From a virus (lineage: Duplodnaviria; Heunggongvirae; Uroviricota; Caudoviricetes): a stretch of DNA of 37,547 nt. Shown one piece after another: positions 1 to 9,012 of this stretch. The stretch is taken from the IMG/VR virus record IMGVR_UViG_2724679539_000004; one strand, written 5' to 3'. A program made the translations under genes and the position numbers. The notes under the pieces are model-generated. The model did no database searches, was not told the origin of the DNA, and was given only the letters and a program-made list of their open reading frames with translations. Numbering within the stretch: the stretch's first letter is position 1; each line of letters opens with the position of its first letter.

Positions 1-1020
1 TTAATCCCCCGTGGACACTGCGTGGACACTCACGCCACCTTTCAGCGGATTAAGGGCCACCGCATCCTGCAGGTAATCCGGTGCAAAATGTGCATATGCC
101 ATTGTTTGCTGAATGGTTGCGTGGCCAAGAATCTTCTGAAGCGCAATAATGTTTCCTCCGTTCATCACAAAATGGCTGGCGAACGTATGCCGCAGCACAT
201 GTGCAGCCTGGCCTTTTGGCAAATCGGGCTTAACTCTTTTCAGCGCCAAGCAGAATTCCCGGTACTTCACCTCAAACAAGCCGCCTGTTTCTCTGGTTTT
301 GATCGCCTCACAAACTGCCTGCGAAATTGGCACTGTTCTCTTTCGGCCATTTTTGGTTTCAAGAAACGTTACACGGTTATGAACTATCTGTTCACCACGA
401 AGCTTACTGGCTTCACTCCAGCGCGCCCCCGTGCTTAAACACAAAAGCGCAACACGCCAGTAATCGCCCTCCAGTGTATCGAGCAATAACGCCACTTCCT
501 TCTGGGACAGGAAAGCCATTTCTCGTGGAGATACATAAAGAATAGAAATTCCCCTTACCGGATGTTCTGCATCCCAGAGGCCTATTTTCTTCAGTACGGT
601 AAACATTCCGGATAACCGATTCATGTATCTGTTAGCAGATGACGGTTTCAATCCATCAGCTATCTTTTGAGAACGCCACGCGATAATTTTTAGCTTATCA
701 AGATCCACAGCCTGCATATCAGCGCCAAGCTCATTGATTATGTTGCGCAGTTGTTTTCGGTCTTCTTCCGCCTTACGCCTGTGCTGGCCGTGATACATCC
801 ACCACAACTCAAGCAAATCATTTAGCGTTCGACGATCACGGTAGCCCTGTATATATTCCCGCTTTTCAGCGTTCGCCATGATGTAGCGTTCAGTGGCCAC
901 CGCTACCGATTTTTTGTCAAATACCTTACGCACGCGCTTTCCCTTGCGTCCGTTCGGCCTGATGTCCAGCAAATAACGACCATCTTCGAGCTTCTTAATC
1001 GACATTGCGAAGCCCTCCAA
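1..1020 (-). CDS. int: Tyrosine integrase (P2 Int-like)
   Basis: 339 aa; C-terminal catalytic region HVLRHTFASHFVMNGGNIIALQKILGHATIQQTMAYAHF typical of phage tyrosine recombinases; adjacent to C repressor as in P2. Confidence 0.9.
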   Translation of the reverse strand: MEGFAMSIKKLEDGRYLLDIRPNGRKGKRVRKVFDKKSVAVATERYIMANAEKREYIQGYRDRRTLNDLLELWWMYHGQHRRKAEEDRKQLRNIINELGADMQAVDLDKLKIIAWRSQKIADGLKPSSANRYMNRLSGMFTVLKKIGLWDAEHPVRGISILYVSPREMAFLSQKEVALLLDTLEGDYWRVALLCLSTGARWSEASKLRGEQIVHNRVTFLETKNGRKRTVPISQAVCEAIKTRETGGLFEVKYREFCLALKRVKPDLPKGQAAHVLRHTFASHFVMNGGNIIALQKILGHATIQQTMAYAHFAPDYLQDAVALNPLKGGVSVHAVSTGD

Positions 1021-1101
1021 TGAACCGCTCTACAATTTCTCCAGCCTCTTTCCAGCAATAATCAGACCAGACAAAAAGCAGGTCTAACCAGTTTTCTGGC
1101 C

Positions 1102-1422
1102 TCAGCGGGATAATTTTTGGATTGTTTCGGTTGAAACACGATCTCCCTCCGAATTGCAGGAACCATCAAGAGAGAGAGCCGGAGAAATTTGCCCAACCTC
1201 CGGCATCGTTTCATCTGTTGATAACCAATAAGCATATTTCTTAAATTTAGGGTGTTTCGTAACCTTAAGTAAGGCACCCTCTGTTACTTGCTTCCCCCTC
1301 ACCTCATAGTTAGTTACCGTCCCATAAGGCAGCCCAACACAATCCGCAAACTCCTGGCGGGTCATACCTTCTGCTTCACGAATCAGGCGAAATTTTTCAC
1401 CCATGCTTGACAAAGATGCCAT
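1102..1422 (-). CDS. Immunity repressor (P2 C / CI-like, HTH)
   Basis: HTH segment MTRQEFADCVGLPYGTVTNYE; divergent from cox; start uncertain (in-frame ATGs at 1455, 1440, 1431, 1422; GGAGGA lies 10 nt upstream of 1422). Confidence 0.7.
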   Translation of the reverse strand: MASLSSMGEKFRLIREAEGMTRQEFADCVGLPYGTVTNYEVRGKQVTEGALLKVTKHPKFKKYAYWLSTDETMPEVGQISPALSLDGSCNSEGDRVSTETIQKLSR

Positions 1423-1476
1423 ATCGGGCATATCCTCCATCGCAACATGCCACATCGGGCACAAACATAAAAACAC

Positions 1477-1535
1477 TCAAATAAGCCGATATAAGCCATT
1501 TTGAGCCATTCGAACGAATTAGGGAGATTACCACA
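1477..1535. promoter_or_regulatory. Divergent early/repressor promoter region with 10-bp-phased direct repeats (candidate operators)
   Basis: ATAAGCCgat ATAAGCCatt ttgAGCCATTcg at 1481-1510, between C and cox; P2-type repressors bind direct repeats. Confidence 0.4.
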
Positions 1536-1823
1536 ATGAGCGAATCAGAGCTTGGGGGCTTCATTCAGGTAGCACCATATCCACTTGAAGCAGTGCCATA
1601 TCAACTATTCGCCAAGATGATCGGCCGCAAGGAATCCACAGTCAGAACCATGATTGACGCAGCAAAGCTACCAACAATTGACTTTGTGAAACCAGGTTCA
1701 GTAAAGACGCGTGCATCAGAAAACTGGGTATATCTGCCAGCATTTAACGAAGGCATGCGCAAAGCGTTTTTTGAGCAACCGAAAGAACGCCGCGATGCAT
1801 GGTTGTTGTGGCTGGGGCTTTAG
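1536..1823 (+). CDS. cox: Cox-like excisionase/transcriptional regulator
   Basis: 95 aa, first gene of rightward early operon divergent from C; SD agggag upstream; position and size match P2 Cox. Confidence 0.7.
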   Translation: MSESELGGFIQVAPYPLEAVPYQLFAKMIGRKESTVRTMIDAAKLPTIDFVKPGSVKTRASENWVYLPAFNEGMRKAFFEQPKERRDAWLLWLGL

Positions 1824-1829
1824 TCATAA

Positions 1830-2036
1830 ATGACCAGCCATATCATCAGCGCCATTCTGACCCTTGTTTTTATTGAGATAGGCGTAATAGCGATCTATTT
1901 GTTTCGTAAGTTAACGGGACATGAAGAACGCTTTATTGAACTCAGCATTGAATATATCGCCGCTTATACCAAAGGGCTTTTCCCGGCAGCTATTGGGGCG
2001 ATGTTTATAGCGTTTGTTATCTGGTTTATCGGGTGA
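1830..2036 (+). CDS. Small membrane protein (two predicted TM helices), hypothetical
   Basis: 68 aa, hydrophobic segments ISAILTLVFIEIGVIAIYLF and AAIGAMFIAFVIWFIG. Confidence 0.45.
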   Translation: MTSHIISAILTLVFIEIGVIAIYLFRKLTGHEERFIELSIEYIAAYTKGLFPAAIGAMFIAFVIWFIG

Positions 2037-2075
2037 GAAACCTGATAAACCACAACTACTGCAATGAGGGTAATT

Positions 2076-2183
2076 ATGTGTGGCATGGACAAATTGGACC
2101 TTATGTTAATTGTAATACTATCAATTAACTTCGGTTACCTCTTAAGCGGCGTAATTCTCATGTGCGGAGGCAAACGAAAATGA
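2076..2183 (+). CDS. Small hydrophobic peptide (35 aa), hypothetical
   Basis: ATG at 2076, MCGMDKLDLMLIVILSINFGYLLSGVILMCGGKRK; stop overlaps next ATG (ATGA); not in ORF track (<60 aa). Confidence 0.3.
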   Translation: MCGMDKLDLMLIVILSINFGYLLSGVILMCGGKRK

Positions 2184-2287
2184 ACCAGCAGTCCGCACAA
2201 CGTGAAAACAATGCGATGCGATTTAATCGCAAATATTTTGAGTTCGGCCGCTATGCCGGAATAATTAAATCTGTACAGAGTCTTTAA
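2180..2287 (+). CDS. Small basic peptide (35 aa), hypothetical
   Basis: ATGA-coupled to upstream and followed 1 nt later by the 2289 ORF start; MNQQSAQRENNAMRFNRKYFEFGRYAGIIKSVQSL. Confidence 0.3.
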   Translation: MNQQSAQRENNAMRFNRKYFEFGRYAGIIKSVQSL

Positions 2288-2288
2288 C

Positions 2289-2630
2289 ATGAAACAGCAA
2301 CGTAATTCACGCTTTCGTAATGGTGCTGAACGTCACGCTAACCGTTTCGCTACCAGTGCATCACGCAGCAACATCCGCTACAGCCTGAGTGATACACACG
2401 CAACGCCGGATGGCTACCCAGTAAAACAAATCGGCGAGCATGCCTGGCTGATTGAGAAAGCTGGAATCGTGGTCCACAAATGCCCACGCAATCCGTTTAC
2501 TGGAAACCGCATTTTTGCTCTAAGCAGCGGCGAAAATCAGTTCGGGCAGGATTTCACATTATACGAAGCACTACGCACGGTTGATCGTCTGCTTCGCGGA
2601 CAAAGTTTTATTAAACAGGCTGATTTATAA
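2289..2630 (+). CDS. Hypothetical early protein (113 aa)
   Basis: ORF in early operon; no recognisable motif. Confidence 0.5.
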   Translation: MKQQRNSRFRNGAERHANRFATSASRSNIRYSLSDTHATPDGYPVKQIGEHAWLIEKAGIVVHKCPRNPFTGNRIFALSSGENQFGQDFTLYEALRTVDRLLRGQSFIKQADL

Positions 2631-2640
2631 CAGGTGCTTT

Positions 2641-2928
2641 ATGACCAAAGACCATGCACAAGGTGTATTTATCCGTTTTATTGATTTTCGCGGTGAACTG
2701 TTATTACGCGCATCCGCTATTGATGGAGTGGCTCCGGCGGGTAAAAACGGAGCCGACGAAGCCACTTACGTTTATCTGAACGGCACGCGACTGCTTGTGG
2801 AACTTCCGTACCAGACCGTACGAGAAATCATTAGCAAAGCTGAAAAAGCGCGCCAGGCTAATGGCAATGAACCCTATATCGAAATTATTTGCATGGATTC
2901 AGAAGCTGAAATTCAGAAAGCAGATTAA
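2641..2928 (+). CDS. Hypothetical early protein (95 aa from ATG 2641)
   Basis: ATG at 2641 with aggtg SD; longer ORF from 2581 overlaps previous gene. Confidence 0.5.
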   Translation: MTKDHAQGVFIRFIDFRGELLLRASAIDGVAPAGKNGADEATYVYLNGTRLLVELPYQTVREIISKAEKARQANGNEPYIEIICMDSEAEIQKAD

Positions 2929-2939
2929 AGGGTGTTGCA

Positions 2940-3182
2940 ATGGGCAAAGAATATAAAACACTCATCAACAAAGCACTTGAGCGTTTTTATTTTCGCTTAA
3001 GTGCATCAGGCTCTCATGCTGAACGTGCAGCCCGTGACTCATTGACCAGGGCAATCCGGAGTCTGTATGACGTGGCTTTTTACGCTGATGATCTGGATGC
3101 ACTTAACGAACTTTCCGAGCTAATCTGTGCCGCAGAATGCGGGGAACATATTGAACCGTATAAGCTGGGGAATATCGCATGA
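2940..3182 (+). CDS. Hypothetical early protein (80 aa)
   Basis: ORF in early operon. Confidence 0.5.
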   Translation: MGKEYKTLINKALERFYFRLSASGSHAERAARDSLTRAIRSLYDVAFYADDLDALNELSELICAAECGEHIEPYKLGNIA

Positions 3183-3292
3183 GTATATTTATCTCATGGC
3201 TTGTTCTGATTATTTCTGTGGCCTGCGCCATTGGGATTATGCGAATTATTCATTCAGTAAAAAAGATTGAACGCTTTTTCACTGGCGAATAA
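3179..3292 (+). CDS. Small membrane peptide (37 aa), hypothetical
   Basis: ATGA overlap with upstream stop; MSIFISWLVLIISVACAIGIMRIIHSVKKIERFFTGE, single TM helix. Confidence 0.3.
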   Translation: MSIFISWLVLIISVACAIGIMRIIHSVKKIERFFTGE

Positions 3293-3378
3293 CAGAGCAA
3301 ATAAAACCACAGGTTAAATAAGAAAATGTAAAAACAATCCGCATTCGCGGAGGTATTCGCATACGCCAAGGAGGCGTA

Positions 3379-3582
3379 ATGGCAATTAAGCATTTTCCTG
3401 TCGTTCGTTTTACCTCCAGAGGACGTGAATACGAAGTCGACGAACGCCTGATTACCACAATCGACAAACACCGTTCAGAAAAGGATGCACATCACATCTA
3501 TCTCACTGACGGCACTTACTTCTGCGCCACGAATGTGGTGCAGGTGAACCTTATCCGACAGGTACAGGAGTCACGCAGATGA
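3379..3582 (+). CDS. Hypothetical early protein (67 aa)
   Basis: ORF with aaggagg SD; overlaps next gene start by 4 nt. Confidence 0.5.
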   Translation: MAIKHFPVVRFTSRGREYEVDERLITTIDKHRSEKDAHHIYLTDGTYFCATNVVQVNLIRQVQESRR

Positions 3583-3824
3583 CCATTCTGGATTATATCG
3601 CTGCCAATCCGGGGTGTAGCGGTGGAGAAATCGCCGCAGCACTGAATACCCCAACCACAGCCATTAATGCGGAGTTACGCCGACTCTGGCGCAGCGGTTC
3701 AGTCATAAGAAAAGAGCGCAAAACAGGCGGTCGCTTTTCTTACCAGATAAACCCGATGCCGTTCGGGTGCGGCAATCCACTTACCAACATGTTTAACCAG
3801 CTACTGAAGGAAGCCAGAGCATGA
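3579..3824 (+). CDS. Small putative winged-helix DNA-binding protein
   Basis: 81 aa; GCSGGEIAAALNTPTTAINAELRRLWRSGSV resembles wHTH recognition region; ATGA coupled. Confidence 0.45.
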   Translation: MTILDYIAANPGCSGGEIAAALNTPTTAINAELRRLWRSGSVIRKERKTGGRFSYQINPMPFGCGNPLTNMFNQLLKEARA

Positions 3825-4120
3825 GCACCATCAACCACCAGAAGCTACGCGAACTGGCATTTGCCCTGCAACGAATGGCAACGCCTCAAAAATTACTGGC
3901 ATTTCGCGCAATGCTCTCGCCGTCTGCTGTGCTGGCACTGCTGGATCAGCTGGAGCACGCCAGAACCACGGCTCCTGCCATTCGCCTCACGCTCCATCAT
4001 GAAATCGCTGATTTCTGCGCAACGCTGGGGGCACCTGGCGAACCGGAAACGCCGGAAGCAATGCAGCAAGAGCTGCTGCAACGCATCGATAACGTTTTTG
4101 ATTTTTTTCTGAACCAGTAA
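3821..4120 (+). CDS. Hypothetical protein with Ea22/Ead-like N-terminal motif
   Basis: 99 aa; N-terminus MSTINHQKLRELA and LALLDQLE motif shared with the two paralogs at 9388 and 9930. Confidence 0.5.
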   Translation: MSTINHQKLRELAFALQRMATPQKLLAFRAMLSPSAVLALLDQLEHARTTAPAIRLTLHHEIADFCATLGAPGEPETPEAMQQELLQRIDNVFDFFLNQ

Positions 4121-4242
4121 GAAACCAGAACATGCACACACAAAAAAACCGCTTGCCATGCCTCAATCGGTCAGGTTACATTTCCGCTGCACCTCATAAA
4201 ACGGGTGCCGGGATTCTCAACCCGATACAGAGCAAAGCGCAT

Positions 4243-4263
4243 AACCGCGCAAGCGGTTTTTTT
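4243..4263 (+). terminator. Rho-independent terminator-like hairpin (ACCGC-GCAA-GCGGT + T7)
   Basis: GNRA-loop hairpin followed by TTTTTTT; perfect 15-bp inverted partner AAAAAAACCGCTTGC at 4142-4156. Confidence 0.5.
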
Positions 4264-4442
4264 GTGCGTACTGTATTGCCACGTCTTTTTCGCGTCAGAA
4301 TTATGGCGGGGCGTACGGGGCCGACTTCGGTCGGGCCGGATTCTTTGCTCTCCGGTGTTGAGAACCCTGTACGTCTCGCCACCCCGAGATTCTCAACTCT
4401 GGATGGTGAGTTATTTCTATCACCGAGCAAAGAGGCCACACC

Positions 4443-4673
4443 ATGGCAGACCGCAAACAGCACCGCGCTATCGCGGAGCGTCGTCACATCCAGACTGAAA
4501 TCAACCGCAGACTTTCCCGCGCATCACGCGTCGCGCAAATCATGCACATCAATATGCTGCATGAGCGCAGCCACGCACTATCAAACATTTATTCCGCCTC
4601 TGTTTTCAGCTATCTGGCGGATGATCTGCACGAGCTTCAACAGCTCATCCAGCAGCAAAACAAACTCCATTAA
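4443..4673 (+). CDS. Hypothetical protein (76 aa)
   Basis: ORF with aagagg SD 9 nt upstream; preferred over overlapping low-complexity 205-aa ORF. Confidence 0.45.
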   Translation: MADRKQHRAIAERRHIQTEINRRLSRASRVAQIMHINMLHERSHALSNIYSASVFSYLADDLHELQQLIQQQNKLH

Positions 4674-4745
4674 TTCCTGTTCCGGGCCTTTCCTGCACCT
4701 TGCGGCGGGAGGCCTTCGCACATCTGTAGTAAAGAGAATTGCAGC

Positions 4746-5135
4746 ATGATTGACGCTCATGACTTCACAAGATGGGTGCGCACACAGGACACCCGTCTGG
4801 CTCCCGTTCTTCAGGGGTTATTTGATCTCTACATCCGTGGTCGTGACAACAGAGCACGCACCACAAAACCGGAGAATGCAGACACCCTTTATTTCACAGT
4901 AGACGACTGCTACCGCGTGGACTTCACACCACACGGACTGGCGTTGCACTGCCTGACACCGCACGGCGAATCACTGCTGGCGTATTACGACTCCCCGGCC
5001 TCCGTATTTGCAGCAATGCTGGCGCATCGCACTGCTGGCGGGTGTGCCTCGCTGAGTGAATACACCGCTGAATTTAACCGCCTTTCCGCCCTCTTCTCGC
5101 AGGAGTGGCAGCGCGTGACGGGATACCAGCCATGA
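4746..5135 (+). CDS. Hypothetical protein (129 aa) translationally coupled to A
   Basis: Stop TGA overlaps ATG of A (ccATGAgt). Confidence 0.55.
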   Translation: MIDAHDFTRWVRTQDTRLAPVLQGLFDLYIRGRDNRARTTKPENADTLYFTVDDCYRVDFTPHGLALHCLTPHGESLLAYYDSPASVFAAMLAHRTAGGCASLSEYTAEFNRLSALFSQEWQRVTGYQP

Positions 5136-7972
5136 GTGCGTTTGCATGGAGCTGGAATGAACCACGACCAGCTATTGATCCGGCCAGATTTACGGAGCGC
5201 AGGCAGGAAACTGAAACCGACCTGCAACGCGCCATCCGTTACTACCTTGAGGCGGACAAAAGGGCACAGAAAGAACAGGAAGCGAAGGAAGAAGCCTTTT
5301 TCGCACAATCCGCCATGGGTAAAAAACTCATGGCATCCCTTGAGGAAGCCGGACAGCGTGAAAAGCTGGCACAGAGCATCATCAGTAAGCGCCGGGCAAC
5401 AGAACAAGACCCGGTAGCCCGTGCCTTTGCCACACTGAAGGCGCTTCCCGTTTATCTGCGAGAACCTCTGAGCCGCCACCTCTCTTTCCTGCGCAAGAAG
5501 CAGGAAGCCGATCGTCAGAAAGGCAAAAAGAGCTGGCAGGCGGAACGCTATGCACGCGGAACCCTGCGCAAAATATTCGAACGTCTGGACCGCACCGACA
5601 GCCGCTGGCTGACACCGGGTTATCGCTCCCTTGCCGGACGCGAACGCCTGGACGATTTGCTTTACCTGCCGCAGCTCAACAAACACCAGATACAGACGCT
5701 GGCCACCATGACAGCGGCGATGTTCAGCAGCACCTTCGAAAAACTCTGCGATGGCTTTGACGCGACTGATGGCGAACTGACCATGGATGTAACGCTGAAG
5801 GCGTATCAGATGCTGGCCCGCATGGCGTTACACCTGCACGCCATGCCTCCACATTATGACGCACTGACAACAGACAAAGACCGGAGGAACGAACCGGACA
5901 CGGAGCTGCTGCCGGGCGCAATCCTTCGCCTGACCTGTGCGGAATGGTGGAAACGCAAACTGTGGCTGTTACGTTGCGAGTGGAGAGAAGAACAACTCCG
6001 CGCCGCCTGTCTGGTTTCCAGAAAAACATCACCCTATCTGAGCCAGGACGCGTTAAGCGAGTTTCGCGCACAGCGCGAGAAAACACGCGATTTCCTGAAA
6101 AGTTTCATACTGGAAAACGAAGACGGGTTCACGATTGATCTCGAGACAGTGTATTACGCGGGAGTAAGTAACCCGGTTCACCGTAAGGCAGAAATGATGG
6201 CCACCATGAAGGGGCTGGAACTTCTGGCCGAAGCCCGTGGCGACAAAGCGGTGTTTCTGACTGTCACCTGCCCGTCAAAATACCACGCCACAACAGAGAA
6301 CGGTCATCCGAATCCCAAATGGAACGGGGCCACCATGCGCGACTCCAGCGATTACCTGGTTAACACGTTTTTTGCGGCGGTCCGCAAAAAACTGAACCGC
6401 GACGGCCTGCGCTGGTATGGCATCCGCACGGTGGAGCCTCACCATGACGGCACCGTGCACTGGCACATGATGGTCTTTGCTCATCCGGAAGAAATCGACA
6501 GCATCGTGGCCATCACCCGCGATATTGCCATTCAGGAAGACCGCCACGAGCTGGGCAATGATATTACTCCGCGCTTTAAGGTGGAGTATGTCGACGGCTC
6601 AAAAGGCACACCAACCAGCTACATCGCCACCTACATCGGAAAGAACCTGGACAGCCGCGCCGTGGATGGCATCGACCCAAAAACGGGCAAGCCACGCGTT
6701 GACCACGAAACCGGAAAATCAATGGCCGAGAGCGTGGAACGCGCCATCGGCTGGGCGCGCCTTCACCGGGTCCGCCAGTTCCAGTTCTTTGGCATTCCCT
6801 CCCGTCAGGTGTGGCGTGAACTCCGCCGCCTTGCCAGCCAGATGGCACGCAACCCGGAAGGCCCGCAACGGCTGAAGGATGACGCAATGGATGCGGTTCT
6901 TGCTGCCGCTGATGCCGGGTGTTTTGCCACCTACATTGAAAAACAGGGTGGCGTACTTGTTCCGCGCAAGGACTACCTGATTCGCACAGCCTACGACCTC
7001 GCAGATGAGCTGAACGATTACGGCGAACAGAGTGTACAGATTTACGGGATCTGGTCGCCACTCATCGGGGAATCCTCCCGTGTGTGCACGCACCCGGATA
7101 ACTGGAAGCTGGTAAGACGTAAACCGGAAGCGGAAGACAGCACCCACGAAAATGGTTTTGACCTTCAGGGCGGCCCTGCCGCCCCTTGGACTCGTGGCAA
7201 TAACTGTCCCCGTGCACAGGAAACGAACAACAACGGGACAGAACAGCCGGAAGAACGGCCAGCACCGTGGCCGCAGCTCCCTGACGGCGTTGAAGTGAAC
7301 GAATGGATGCGCTCACTGAAACGGCACGAACGCCGGGCGCTGATGCGTTCGCTTCGTGACAAACAGGCAAAAAACAGCAGTGATGAAATGCAGAGCTGGA
7401 CACAGAGCCGCAAACAGCAGCGGCCTTTGCCTGATAACCACGAGTTACTCGCTAAAGAATGGCGGGAGTCTGCTGAATCTCTCGGCCTGCATATCGGTGA
7501 ACAGCAGATGCAGCACCTGTTACGGGGCGGCAGCCTGTACGTTGACGACAGCATCATTGCACCGCAGGGGTTTGAAATTGTACGCAAACCGGATACACGC
7601 CCGGACAGCCGAATCACGCAGCTCTGGCAGCGCCTGAGCCGCAATCACGGCGTAAGCAGCACGGAGATCCGCCATAACCCGGTCGCCAGCTATCTGGAAC
7701 AGCTGGGGGCATCAGACCCCGAAGCCGCCGCACGCCTGGCATCCACACTTCAGCAGGACCAGAACACCATGAAAACCCCTGTTACCGTACTTTCTGACAT
7801 GCTGCGCGCCATCCGTGACGCAGAGCACGCACAGAGAATCAGTGAAACCACTGAACGCGCCAGCCGCAAAGCAGACCTGCTGCGGGGTGGCCTGACCAGC
7901 GGAAACAAAAAACAGACAGAAACGGGACTCACGAATCCCGTAAATGAGCAAAAAACGCGCAGCGATATATGA
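5132..7972 (+). CDS. A: Rolling-circle replication initiator endonuclease (P2 gpA-like, HUH)
   Basis: 946 aa; HUH motif HDGTVHWHMMVF; position after early genes as in P2; longer than P2 A (about 761 aa from memory). Confidence 0.9.
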   Translation: MSAFAWSWNEPRPAIDPARFTERRQETETDLQRAIRYYLEADKRAQKEQEAKEEAFFAQSAMGKKLMASLEEAGQREKLAQSIISKRRATEQDPVARAFATLKALPVYLREPLSRHLSFLRKKQEADRQKGKKSWQAERYARGTLRKIFERLDRTDSRWLTPGYRSLAGRERLDDLLYLPQLNKHQIQTLATMTAAMFSSTFEKLCDGFDATDGELTMDVTLKAYQMLARMALHLHAMPPHYDALTTDKDRRNEPDTELLPGAILRLTCAEWWKRKLWLLRCEWREEQLRAACLVSRKTSPYLSQDALSEFRAQREKTRDFLKSFILENEDGFTIDLETVYYAGVSNPVHRKAEMMATMKGLELLAEARGDKAVFLTVTCPSKYHATTENGHPNPKWNGATMRDSSDYLVNTFFAAVRKKLNRDGLRWYGIRTVEPHHDGTVHWHMMVFAHPEEIDSIVAITRDIAIQEDRHELGNDITPRFKVEYVDGSKGTPTSYIATYIGKNLDSRAVDGIDPKTGKPRVDHETGKSMAESVERAIGWARLHRVRQFQFFGIPSRQVWRELRRLASQMARNPEGPQRLKDDAMDAVLAAADAGCFATYIEKQGGVLVPRKDYLIRTAYDLADELNDYGEQSVQIYGIWSPLIGESSRVCTHPDNWKLVRRKPEAEDSTHENGFDLQGGPAAPWTRGNNCPRAQETNNNGTEQPEERPAPWPQLPDGVEVNEWMRSLKRHERRALMRSLRDKQAKNSSDEMQSWTQSRKQQRPLPDNHELLAKEWRESAESLGLHIGEQQMQHLLRGGSLYVDDSIIAPQGFEIVRKPDTRPDSRITQLWQRLSRNHGVSSTEIRHNPVASYLEQLGASDPEAAARLASTLQQDQNTMKTPVTVLSDMLRAIRDAEHAQRISETTERASRKADLLRGGLTSGNKKQTETGLTNPVNEQKTRSDI

Positions 7973-8014
7973 AGCGCGCACAAAACAGGCAAAAACGGGA
8001 TTTCAGAATCCCGT
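7922..8014. repeat. Two palindromic 20-bp iteron-like repeats flanking the A stop codon, upstream of parM
   Basis: ACGGGActcacgaaTCCCGT (7922-7941) and ACGGGATTtcagAATCCCGT (7995-8014) with shared flanks aaACGGGA...GAATCCCGTAAA. Confidence 0.5.
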
Positions 8015-8048
8015 AAACGATTAATTAATCAACATAAGGAAAAGCGAC

Positions 8049-9008
8049 ATGAAAATTTGTATCGACGACGGCTCCACCAACATCAAGCTGGCATGGACTG
8101 AGAACGGCGAACGCCGCAACGCCATCAGCCCGAACAGCTTCAAGTCGGAATGGTCTGCGCCGTTCGGTGGCACGCAGCCCGCGAACTACATGCTTGATGG
8201 CGTGCGCTATGGTTTTGATCCGGTCAGCGATCGCTTTGTCCAGACGACCGACACGCAATACCAATACAGCGATGTGAATGTCATTGCCATTCATCACGCG
8301 CTGGTCAAATCAGGCATCACGCCACAGGAGGTGGATGTGGTTGTCACCCTGCCACTGAGCGAGTATTTCGACACAAACGCACAGCCGGACATGGCCAACA
8401 TCAACCGCAAAAAAGCGAACGTTATGCGCCCGGTGGAGTACCAGAACGGCGAAGCATTCACTATCCGTAACGTGCGGGTTATGCCTGAATCCATTCCGGC
8501 TGGCTTTAAGGCACTGGCTGACATGAGTCCGTTTGAATCCCTGCTGATTGTGGATTTGGGCGGAACCACGCTGGATGTGGCAAAGGTTCAGGGGCAACTG
8601 GCAGGTATCAGCCAGGTGTTTTGCGATCCACACGTAGGCGTTTCTCTGATGGCCGATGCCGTACTGTCGGTGATGGCCACTAACGGTATGCGCACCAGTC
8701 ACCACATCGCCAATACCATTATCGAACATCGCCATGATGAAGCCTGGCTGCGCCAGCACATCCACAATGACGCGCATTACGCCAGCCTGATGGCGGTTAT
8801 TCGTGAAAAGGAAGAAACACTGAAACAACGCGTGATCCGCGCGCTGGCGGTTTTTTCGGGTTACGGGCGGGTGATGGTTGTCGGTGGCGGGGCGGAGATT
8901 GTGGCACCCGCTATCCGCGAAGCCTGCGGAGTTAATGCGACTTTCATCGCGGACGGGGTGCCACAGTTTGCTCTGGTTAATGGGCTGTACGCAATGGACA
9001 AGGAGTAA
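8049..9008 (+). CDS. parM: ParM/StbA-like actin-type segregation ATPase
   Basis: 319 aa; N-terminus MKICIDDGSTNIKLAW...ISPNSFKSEW and YQYSDVNVIAIHHAL closely parallel plasmid R1 ParM as recalled; LIVDLGGTTLDV and VMVVGGGAEIVAP actin-fold motifs. Confidence 0.8.
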   Translation: MKICIDDGSTNIKLAWTENGERRNAISPNSFKSEWSAPFGGTQPANYMLDGVRYGFDPVSDRFVQTTDTQYQYSDVNVIAIHHALVKSGITPQEVDVVVTLPLSEYFDTNAQPDMANINRKKANVMRPVEYQNGEAFTIRNVRVMPESIPAGFKALADMSPFESLLIVDLGGTTLDVAKVQGQLAGISQVFCDPHVGVSLMADAVLSVMATNGMRTSHHIANTIIEHRHDEAWLRQHIHNDAHYASLMAVIREKEETLKQRVIRALAVFSGYGRVMVVGGGAEIVAPAIREACGVNATFIADGVPQFALVNGLYAMDKE

Positions 9009-9012
9009 ACCA

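Noticed and set aside
4170-4263. Possible tRNA gene
   Set aside because: The hairpins cannot be arranged into a cloverleaf with a 7-nt anticodon loop and T-arm consensus.
4132-4749. 205-aa ORF spanning the structured intergenic region
   Set aside because: Low-complexity Ser/Arg-rich translation with no SD; overlaps the better-supported 76-aa ORF at 4443 and the hairpin elements.
5724-7644. Multiple 100-160-aa antisense ORFs within gene A
   Set aside because: All overlap the A reading frame, which carries the HUH motif; Cys/Arg-rich translations are typical of antisense frames.
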